Both the position numbers and the translations under genes were made by a program. The notes under the pieces were generated by a model. The model did not search any database and was not told the origin of the DNA. It saw nothing but the letters and a program-made list of their open reading frames with translations. A DNA stretch of 64,000 nt, taken from the NCBI GenBank assembly GCA_038231455.1, contig JBBRLI010000004.1, positions 128,001 to 192,000 on the forward strand, given 5' to 3'. This document shows positions 29,173 to 36,813 of this stretch, piece after piece; positions within the stretch are counted from its first letter, which is position 1; each line of letters starts with the position of its first letter. This DNA comes from Vulcanimicrobiales bacterium. GTDB lineage: Bacteria > Vulcanimicrobiota > Vulcanimicrobiia > Vulcanimicrobiales > Vulcanimicrobiaceae.

Positions 29173-30310
29173 CCGTGTCCAGTTCCTTTCGGAGTTCCGC
29201 GCAAAGCTGCGCGGCATGTAGGAGTTGTGAATCATCGACGCCCGAGCGCGCACGTAGCGCGGCAAGTTCGCGAATGCGTTCGGGAGCACCGGTTCGACCT
29301 TGCGCGAGGACGGCAAGCGTGTTCGGATCGGTGTGCGTGGGGAGACCGAACGCACGCGCGACCGATGCAAACGTCGCATCGATCAAGTCGGCAAGCGCGC
29401 GCGTCGCCGCCCGCCCACGGCGCAGCAAAATCGCAAGCGATGCTAAATAGGCAGCGGAATTCGGGTCGGAGGCGATGGGAACGGCGGCGGCCGGGACAAA
29501 TCGTATGGCGGACCCGACGAGCGCGACGAGGCAAGCCCCTATCGCGATGAGGATCGCAACGCGCAGCGGCTCGGGCAGCACGAGCCAAGCCGATTCCGCG
29601 CGGCCGTATCCGTGTACGAATTCATCGAATGCAACCGTCGTATCCGGACCGGCGCCGAGAACGTTTACGGCAAAGCGCGCGTTGTCGGCGCGTTCGAGCA
29701 ATCGGTTCGTAAAAATCGTGGGGTCGCTCAGGACAACAATACGGCCGCGACCGAGCGCGTAGCTCGCAAGCACCGCACCACTTGCATCGGCAACGATCGG
29801 CACGACGGCGGGAAACGCACGGTACACGATGCGCGTGGTATCCTCGCCGACAATCTGATCGACGCCGCGCGTGTACGGCGATGCGATGATCGGCACGGCA
29901 CCGTACGTGTTACGAACGGTGATCTCGCGCGTCACCGGAAGTTTCAGGGTCTTGCGCGCATACGCGCTACTACTGCCGATGACAACGAGCGTCTTGCCGC
30001 GTTTCGCGACAAAATCACGTAGCTCGTCGACGTCGACTTTGGCATACGTGCCGATTCCCGATAGAACCAATCGGTCGGCGACCAGAAATCGCGGATGGCG
30101 ATTGCTTTCGACAACGCGGACGCCTTCGCGCTCGAGCAAACGGCGCACGGCAAGATAGCCTCCGCGATCGCTATCGTGGGTCGAATACGTATCGACGTAA
30201 TCGGGCGGCGCGGCGCGCTGTGCACCCACAATTCCAGCAACGATCAGGGCCAGCGTAACGAGTGCGAGCGCGATGACATCACCCGGCCGCAGCGCGCGCA
30301 GGAGCATCAT
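29141..30310 (-). CDS. DUF4350-type membrane-anchored protein
   Basis: N-terminal TM, YST..G, GRGRIVVLSDP.IFTN, FDEF.HG, C-terminal TM; MoxR cluster context. Confidence 0.7.
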   Translation of the reverse strand: MMLLRALRPGDVIALALVTLALIVAGIVGAQRAAPPDYVDTYSTHDSDRGGYLAVRRLLEREGVRVVESNRHPRFLVADRLVLSGIGTYAKVDVDELRDFVAKRGKTLVVIGSSSAYARKTLKLPVTREITVRNTYGAVPIIASPYTRGVDQIVGEDTTRIVYRAFPAVVPIVADASGAVLASYALGRGRIVVLSDPTIFTNRLLERADNARFAVNVLGAGPDTTVAFDEFVHGYGRAESAWLVLPEPLRVAILIAIGACLVALVGSAIRFVPAAAVPIASDPNSAAYLASLAILLRRGRAATRALADLIDATFASVARAFGLPTHTDPNTLAVLAQGRTGAPERIRELAALRARSGVDDSQLLHAAQLCAELRKELDTDGTQRRAAAR

Positions 30311-31071
30311 GCGAAGACGCGCTCGTACGCAGCAAGCGTGCTTGCCCACGCCAATTCATCGGGTTCGCGATTTCCGTACACCGCGACGACGTATTCGCGC
30401 GCGAGCGTATCGAACGGCTCGGCGAGCGGCGCCTGCGCGCGACGTACGGCCCGCCGATATTCCCCAGGCGTGCGCGCAGCGTCGTATCCGACGATTCCAC
30501 GTTCGTCGAGCGACCGCAGTGCAGCCCCGAACGTCAGGCCGATCGCCTGGGCGAATTCACCGCGCGAAGCACGCGCGCGTGCTGCTGCAAGCAACTCTGC
30601 CGAGCCCGCATCATGCGATCCGGCAGCGGTGCGCATCGTAGCGCCGATCCGGCGCTCGACACGACGTCGAACCACCGTTACGAGCAGCGCCAGCGCCCCG
30701 AGCGACGCGAGCGCGGCAAGTAGTAAGACGAGCGTCTGATTCTGTTGCGAGTTCAGATTTGTCGCGCGGCGTAAACCCTTGAAGAGTTTCTCGAGGATCG
30801 AACCGAGCCAATTGAAAAAACGGTCGATCAACGACTCTTCTTTCTTCCGTGGCTTCGGATGGGGATGCGCGAATTCCGGGGCCGCAAGAATCGTGTGCGC
30901 GAGCCAGTGTGCGTCGCGCGGCGGCACAAATGCGACCTCATTTGCCGCACGCTTCGCGCGCTGCAATCCGAGCGCGATGGCTTTAGGATCGGCTTTCTTC
31001 GCGCGTCGCGCGGCGTCCACAAAGTCCGCAAGCGATGGCACCGGTGGACGGCGATGCACGATCGCCGGCAC
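30307..31071 (-). CDS. DUF4129 domain protein
   Basis: Single TM, then A..GEF..AI, ARTPGEY, VYG; MoxR cluster context; start uncertain. Confidence 0.7.
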   Translation of the reverse strand: MPAIVHRRPPVPSLADFVDAARRAKKADPKAIALGLQRAKRAANEVAFVPPRDAHWLAHTILAAPEFAHPHPKPRKKEESLIDRFFNWLGSILEKLFKGLRRATNLNSQQNQTLVLLLAALASLGALALLVTVVRRRVERRIGATMRTAAGSHDAGSAELLAAARARASRGEFAQAIGLTFGAALRSLDERGIVGYDAARTPGEYRRAVRRAQAPLAEPFDTLAREYVVAVYGNREPDELAWASTLAAYERVFA

Positions 31072-31099
31072 CGGCGGCGGTGTCGTTACGATCGGAATC

Positions 31100-32050
31100 T
31101 CACGCGATGGGCGCGAGTGGGACCGCTGCCGACGTCGCCATCAAGTCCGAACCTTCGCGACGCAGGCGTACATCCAGATAGTAAATGGTTGCCGTTGCCG
31201 TCGAAAAGATGACCCCGATCGAACTAAAGAGCTGCGCGATGACGACATAACTTGCGAACCACTTCGTGAGCGCGAAGACGAGGCCGCCCACGACCAAACC
31301 CAGGAGCGATGTCGCTAAGGTAACGGCGAAGAGCGCGAGCGAAACCACGATCGATCGCAAAAATTCGCGCCGGGCGAAAATTCGCGCAAAAGACCGGCCG
31401 ATCGCAACGAATGGGTTGCCCGTTTCGAGAACGGCGCTAGCGAACGACACGATCGCGAGTGCATAGCCGAGCGCGCCGAGAGGAACGCTTATGACAAGCG
31501 CAACCAGACCAATCAGCAGGCTCGCAACGATCCCACCTTGATCGGGGACGGCGACACCTTTGGTGCGCACAACGGTAAAAATAATCAGTCCGAAGACGAT
31601 CGAGAAGACGAAAATCACAGCGACGAAGATGAGGAACCAGACGGCACCCGTCCCGAGCATGCTCGGCAAGCGACGAAGCGCGCTGCGATAGATTCCACCA
31701 ATCGTTAACGACTCGCCGTCGAGCGCGCGTGCGATGGCAAGCGTTACGACGCCGATCATCAGCGGCGTGATCAAGAGTGCGATCAGCACGATCGCATAAT
31801 CGAACGGTCCGGATTTTGGGATCGAATTCAGGATGGCTGCGGTGTCGGTCTTGCCACCTTTGGCCGCAGCTTGGATCGCCGCAATGTACTGATTGAGCGG
31901 ATTCACCGAAAAGCTCTGCAAGATTGCAAGTGGGACCGAAAGCACCGCAACCAACGCGATCAACATCGGAAAGCGCTGCACGCTCACCGTCACAGCACGG
32001 TCGAGAATCTCGCCCAAATGAAGTGGACGATCGAGCCCACGAATCGACAT
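31100..32050 (-). CDS. Multi-pass membrane protein of the MoxR cluster
   Basis: RPLHLGEILDRA N-terminus and YYLDVRLRREGSDL C-terminus; several TM helices. Confidence 0.75.
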   Translation of the reverse strand: MSIRGLDRPLHLGEILDRAVTVSVQRFPMLIALVAVLSVPLAILQSFSVNPLNQYIAAIQAAAKGGKTDTAAILNSIPKSGPFDYAIVLIALLITPLMIGVVTLAIARALDGESLTIGGIYRSALRRLPSMLGTGAVWFLIFVAVIFVFSIVFGLIIFTVVRTKGVAVPDQGGIVASLLIGLVALVISVPLGALGYALAIVSFASAVLETGNPFVAIGRSFARIFARREFLRSIVVSLALFAVTLATSLLGLVVGGLVFALTKWFASYVVIAQLFSSIGVIFSTATATIYYLDVRLRREGSDLMATSAAVPLAPIA

Positions 32051-32061
32051 CAAACCCGCTT

Positions 32062-32919
32062 TCAGTCGCTGGTAACAGACGCCGCAAAATTCGCGTGAGC
32101 GCGAAGCCCCTCCTGGAGTAAATCCGTGCCATCACGCCGGACGATGAGGTCACGACGCAAGGAAACAAGCGCGGCGACGTTCACGACGTGCGACCCGCCG
32201 CCCAGCACGGCGATCAGAACAACGCGTGCGACGTGTTCGACAAGCGGTGATGCCGCTACGAGGCCTAAGAGATAGTCGCTCGTCACGGCCCCCACATAGA
32301 TGCTGCCGAGGTGAACGGCAAACGCGGCGCCGGCGACGAGCATGGCGCTAACGCACGTGCGGCGGGTTGCAAGCCAGCCGAATGTTACCCGCAAGGCTCC
32401 AAACGGCGAGCGCGTGTCTAGGACGATTGCCGTTAGTGCCAGTCCCGCAACCGCGGCACTATAGGCCATGACCGCGAGCGCGATCAGCGCGGGCACGAGC
32501 GCGACCAGGACGACAAGCGCTGGATTTGCTCGGCTCAGCGGTGCGATCATCAGCGTCACGACAATCCCGGCAACAAGAAGCGCAAAGCCGACCATGAGCG
32601 CGAGTGCAAACGCCGTGGCGATAGCGAACGGGAATCGCCGCGCCGCCGAGATCACGATCTCCCCCGGGCGTGAGCGACGCCCATCGAGGTGCGCGTCGAG
32701 AAACGTGACAAGCACGGTCAAGGCCGCAAGGTCGACGAGGATGTCGATCAGGAAGGGCACCCACGAGAACGCGCCGCTACCGTCCTCGATTAGCGCGCCG
32801 GTCAGTTCGAACGCGCAGCCGATACCGATCGAAACGACGGCGGTGCGCACCACAAGATCGATCGCCCGATCGAAAATTTCGCCGACGCCGCGTGGTCGCT
32901 CCCGTTCGCGAACCGACAT
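32062..32919 (-). CDS. Multi-pass membrane protein, paralogue of 31100-32050
   Basis: RPRGVGEIFDRA N-terminus and RRDGTDL C-terminus. Confidence 0.7.
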   Translation of the reverse strand: MSVRERERPRGVGEIFDRAIDLVVRTAVVSIGIGCAFELTGALIEDGSGAFSWVPFLIDILVDLAALTVLVTFLDAHLDGRRSRPGEIVISAARRFPFAIATAFALALMVGFALLVAGIVVTLMIAPLSRANPALVVLVALVPALIALAVMAYSAAVAGLALTAIVLDTRSPFGALRVTFGWLATRRTCVSAMLVAGAAFAVHLGSIYVGAVTSDYLLGLVAASPLVEHVARVVLIAVLGGGSHVVNVAALVSLRRDLIVRRDGTDLLQEGLRAHANFAASVTSD

Positions 32920-32984
32920 AAAACCCGCTTTCGGTCGTACGCTTCGAGCGGGCATTTTTCGCGCGTGACCGGAATCAACCTCGC

Positions 32985-33626
32985 GTGACTCGCTCGATCG
33001 TCGGCAGCATCTCGGAACTCTGGACGTATCCGATCAAAGCGCTCGCTCCGCATGCGCACGATCGCGTCGTCGTCGAAGCGGAAGGCCTTGGGGGAGACCG
33101 CGAGCGCGCGTTGTTCGTGGAAACGAGCGAGCACCGTCGATTTGGCAAGACGTTGCGCGGCAAAGAGAACGCGCTCATGCATACCGCACCCGATCTTGCG
33201 AGCGGGATTGCGATTGCCGAGCAGGGAGGCGCGACGGTACGTCTCTCCGATCCCGCGCGCTACTTCGATGCAGCTCCGGTCTCGATCATCATGGACACGT
33301 GGGTTCGTGACTGCGAGCGTCTCGCCGGCGTGCCGGTCGAGCCGCAGCGATTTCGACCGAACATTTATGTGCGGTCTGAGCCGGGATTTGCTCTGGTGGA
33401 AGCCGATTTTATCGGCGCGACGATTCGCATCGGTGATGTCGCGCTGCTTGTCGTCGACCGCATTATCCGCTGCGTAACACCAGCTTACGATCTGATCACG
33501 GGTGAGACGGACGCTGCGATCTTGCGTGCGATCGCAAACGATCGCAAGAACATTGTGGGCATCTATGCCGAAGTGGCGCAGACTGGATCGATCGCGCGCG
33601 GCGACGCATTGACCTTAACTCAGTGA
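32985..33626 (+). CDS. MOSC domain protein
   Basis: YPIK, GDR, RFRPNI, RCVT, GIYAEV..GSI..GD. Confidence 0.85.
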   Translation: MTRSIVGSISELWTYPIKALAPHAHDRVVVEAEGLGGDRERALFVETSEHRRFGKTLRGKENALMHTAPDLASGIAIAEQGGATVRLSDPARYFDAAPVSIIMDTWVRDCERLAGVPVEPQRFRPNIYVRSEPGFALVEADFIGATIRIGDVALLVVDRIIRCVTPAYDLITGETDAAILRAIANDRKNIVGIYAEVAQTGSIARGDALTLTQ

Positions 33627-34220
33627 ACGGCGGCCTTCCAGGGCCTTTGCGAGCGTGACTTCATCGGCGTAGTCCAGATCGCCGCCGATTGGCAAACCAT
33701 ACGCAAGGCGCGTGACGCTCACGCCGCTTGGTGAGATGAGTCGCGAGAGATAGAGGGCCGTTGCTTCGCCTTCGGCATTCGGATTCGTCGCGACCACAAC
33801 TTCGCGGAAGTCTTCGCTCCTGACCCGTTCGATGAGTTCTTTGATGTGCAGTTGCGCGGGGCCGATGCCGTCCATCGGCGAGATCAAGCCGCCGAGCACG
33901 TGGTATTTGCCGCGGAACGCCGACGTGCGTTCGATCGCGTAGATATCTTTTGCCTCGGCGACGACGCAAATTTGCGTTAGATCGCGGCGCGCATCCGTGC
34001 AGATGCCGCACGGGTCTTCTTCGGTGATCGAAAAGCAGCGCGAACATTGGCGCACGCGATCTTTGAGCGCGATGATGGCCTCGGAGAGGGCTTCGGCTTC
34101 AGCGCGAGGCCGGTTGAGCAAATAAAACACCAACCGCGCAGCCGTCTTCGGCCCTACGGTCGGCAGTTTACTGAACTCGTTGATCAGAGCCGCGACGGGC
34201 CCCGCGATCGCGCTTGAAAT
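33615..34220 (-). CDS. recR: Recombination mediator RecR
   Basis: LPTVGPKTAARL HhH, C4 zinc finger, Toprim (ATNPNAEGEATA); frame open back to ATT 34220. Confidence 0.93.
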   Translation of the reverse strand: MSSAIAGPVAALINEFSKLPTVGPKTAARLVFYLLNRPRAEAEALSEAIIALKDRVRQCSRCFSITEEDPCGICTDARRDLTQICVVAEAKDIYAIERTSAFRGKYHVLGGLISPMDGIGPAQLHIKELIERVRSEDFREVVVATNPNAEGEATALYLSRLISPSGVSVTRLAYGLPIGGDLDYADEVTLAKALEGRRSLS

Positions 34221-34529
34221 CTACATCAACCCGGGAATTTTCATCCCGCCGGTGAGTTTGCCCATTTTCTGACCCGAGAGTTCTTGCACTTTGCCAAGCG
34301 CATCGTTGAGCGCGACGACGAGCAAATCTTCAAGCGTCTCGATGTCATCGGGATCGACGGCTTCTTTGCTCACGGAGATTTTTTGCACGCGGAAATCTCC
34401 GTTGATCGACGCGGTCACGGCGTTTCCGCCGGCACTACCCGTCACGGTTGTCGCTTTGAGCTCGTCTTGAACGCGCTCCATCTCTTGTTGCATCTTGCGC
34501 ATCTGCGCCATCAATTGGGCTTGGTTCAT
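34221..34529 (-). CDS. ybaB: YbaB/EbfC nucleoid-associated protein
   Basis: MNQAQLMAQMRKMQ, GSAGG, DPDDIETLEDL; 102 aa, between dnaX and recR. Confidence 0.93.
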   Translation of the reverse strand: MNQAQLMAQMRKMQQEMERVQDELKATTVTGSAGGNAVTASINGDFRVQKISVSKEAVDPDDIETLEDLLVVALNDALGKVQELSGQKMGKLTGGMKIPGLM

Positions 34530-34548
34530 CGTGTCCTCATTTGCGTGA

Positions 34549-36324
34549 TTAGCTAAAGCGTTTGAGCGCGTAGAGTTTGAGGTCGTTCTGATCGACGGCG
34601 CTGCCGTCGTCTTCGGTCGGCGGCGGAGCGCCCGGACCCTGCACGATTGAGAGCGTGAGCGAACGCCCAAGCACATCGGCAAGCGCTTTTTGCACGAGCG
34701 CCTGCTGCGCGCGCAAGAGCTGAGCGTTGGGCGGCGAGCTCGCGCGTAGCGTAAGCGTATCGCCCTCCAACTTCTCGACCATCGTACTCGAAAGCGGCCC
34801 GGCCATCGCCGGCTTCTCGCCTTCGACACGCGTGCGAACGCTCTGCCAAAGCGACCGCACTTTTTGTAAGGAGACCTCGCCCGGCGCGCCGCCCGAGGGC
34901 GGTGTTTCCACGTGGATCGGCTCAACCGCCGAAACCGCGGGTACCGGCGGTTCCGGCGCGGCCGCAACCAGCGGTTCGGGCGCAGCGGCGGTGAGCGGAG
35001 AGTCGGAAGGCAAGTCCGCAAGCGTCGGCTCCGCACCCGATAATGTGTGCACCTCGGGTGAGACGGGTCGCGGAAACGGAACAGCAACGGGATTCGTCGG
35101 TCGGGTAGCCGGGGGACGCACGGAAGCGGCTGCGGGAGCGGGGGCCGACCGCTGAGGCGGGAGCGCCGCAGCAGCCGGAAGCGCCGAGATTCCCCCACCG
35201 GCTTCAATGGCGGCGACGCGCGACGCCAGAGCCTCAAGTGACGGATCTTCCGCCGCTAGCATGAAGCGCAGCAGAGCGGTCTCGAGTTCGAGTCGGGCAT
35301 TCCCCGACGCGCGACTCGCCGTGAGCGCTTCGCCAAGCAGCCGCAGCGCGCGAACGATCCGCGCCTGCGACGTCGCGTCGGCACGAGCGAGCGCCTCAGC
35401 AGCATCATCGGCCGAAAGATCGCGCGCGAGCAATTCGGGATTCACGCGGCCAACGAGCAAATGCCGAAATTCCGCCGTCAGGCTCCGGATGAGCCCCGGC
35501 ATATCGGTCCCTGCATCGCTCGCATCGTCGATCAGGCGCAACCCCGTAGCCGCATCGTTTGCAAGCGACGCATCGAGCAGCGAACGTGCATATTCACGCC
35601 CGGTCGTGCCAAACGCCGCATCAACCGTCGCAAGATCGACCGGACCATTCGCAAACGACGCAACCTGTTCGAGCATCGTGAGCGCATCGCGCAAGCCGCC
35701 ATCGGCCCGATACGCAATCGCGCCAAGCGCCGCATCATCGATCACGATCGACTCGGCAAGCGAGATCTCACGCATCCGCTCGATCATCGTCGGAATCGCA
35801 ATCCGTCGAAACGCATACCGCTGACAACGCGAGAGAATCGTCGGCGGCAACGCCTCCGGCGCCGTCGTCGCAAGAATAAAGACAGCATAGTCCGGCGGCT
35901 CTTCAAGCGTTTTTAAGAACGCATTGGCGCCTTCTTTGGTAAGCATATGCGCTTCATCAATGATGTAGACTTTGTTGCGCATGCTCGAAGGAGAGAACTT
36001 CACCGCATCACGCAGCGCCCGAATCTCATCGATGCCGCGATTCGACGCAGCATCGATCTCCAAAACATCAAGCGCAGAGCCATTCAAAATAGCAACGCAA
36101 TTCTCACACGTATTATCAGGCGTCGCCGTCGGCCCATTCACACACTCAATACACCGAGCGAGAATCTTCGCAGCCGAAGTCTTCCCCGAGCCCCTCGGCC
36201 CAGAAAAAAGATACGCATGCGCAAGCCGCCCCGTCGAGAGCGCCGTACTAAGCGTACGAACAACAGCATCCTGACCAACCAAGTCCGCAAACGACCGCGG
36301 ACGCCAAGTACGATAGAGCGACAC
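34549..36324 (-). CDS. dnaX: DNA polymerase III subunit gamma/tau
   Basis: SLYRTWRP..F.DLVGQ, GPRGSGKTS, EIDAASNRG, IIDEAHML, SRCQ; GTG start at 36324 or 36327. Confidence 0.95.
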   Translation of the reverse strand: MSLYRTWRPRSFADLVGQDAVVRTLSTALSTGRLAHAYLFSGPRGSGKTSAAKILARCIECVNGPTATPDNTCENCVAILNGSALDVLEIDAASNRGIDEIRALRDAVKFSPSSMRNKVYIIDEAHMLTKEGANAFLKTLEEPPDYAVFILATTAPEALPPTILSRCQRYAFRRIAIPTMIERMREISLAESIVIDDAALGAIAYRADGGLRDALTMLEQVASFANGPVDLATVDAAFGTTGREYARSLLDASLANDAATGLRLIDDASDAGTDMPGLIRSLTAEFRHLLVGRVNPELLARDLSADDAAEALARADATSQARIVRALRLLGEALTASRASGNARLELETALLRFMLAAEDPSLEALASRVAAIEAGGGISALPAAAALPPQRSAPAPAAASVRPPATRPTNPVAVPFPRPVSPEVHTLSGAEPTLADLPSDSPLTAAAPEPLVAAAPEPPVPAVSAVEPIHVETPPSGGAPGEVSLQKVRSLWQSVRTRVEGEKPAMAGPLSSTMVEKLEGDTLTLRASSPPNAQLLRAQQALVQKALADVLGRSLTLSIVQGPGAPPPTEDDGSAVDQNDLKLYALKRFS

Positions 36325-36505
36325 CACCCAAAGTTCGGGAACCGCCACACCCAACCCCACAAGGAACCCCGAACAACAAGCCCAGAGAAAACGCCGCACC
36401 GCAGGTGTCTGAACTCCCCCTCAGGGCTTGGGTTTTCTCGCTACCAACCCTCACCGGCGTTGCCGAACGGGCTTATGAGGAAGCCGCAGATCGAGATCGT
36501 GCCTA

Positions 36506-36677
36506 GCGGCTACGGGTGGGGTTTCTGGCGGGGTGTCTGAGCTTTTCGCGGAGCGTGTTGGCCCAGCGTAGGCTGGGACAACTCATCAGGATGGCGGGAG
36601 CGAAAAGTCAGCAAGTAGGCTTTTCCCAAGGATGGGAAAAGCCGGGCGCCCCCGCCAGAAACCCCACCCGTAGCCGC
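36506..36677. repeat. 172-bp palindromic element with 28-bp perfect terminal inverted repeats and internal hairpins (REP/MITE-like or structured RNA)
   Basis: GCGGCTACGGGTGGGGTTTCTGGCGGGG (36506-36533) is the exact reverse complement of 36650-36677. Internal stems: CCCAGC-GTAG-GCTGGG and GGCTTTTCCCA-AGGA-TGGGAAAAGCC. Confidence 0.85.
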
Positions 36678-36813
36678 AAGCCCCAACCCAATCAGCCGAA
36701 ACCCAGCCACGTTTGGCAGAGTATACCAAGGGGTACCCTCCAACCAAGCCCACTCCTAACTTTGCGCTCATGTTATGACCGCGAAGCTCTTGTATCCTCA
36801 GAGTTATACAATT

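Noticed and set aside
34855-34870. dnaX programmed -1 frameshift site
   Set aside because: The minus strand reads CAAAAAG with five As, not the A AAA AAG heptamer, and it lies late in the gene.
34221-35237. 338-aa ORF ending in YbaB
   Set aside because: The upstream part overlaps dnaX out of frame; the real start is ATG 34529 after a GAGGA SD.
36325-36813. SRP RNA (ffs) or tRNA upstream of dnaX, a common arrangement
   Set aside because: I could not find the SRP domain IV motif (CAGG..GGAAG..AGCAGC) or tRNA T-loop motifs on either strand.
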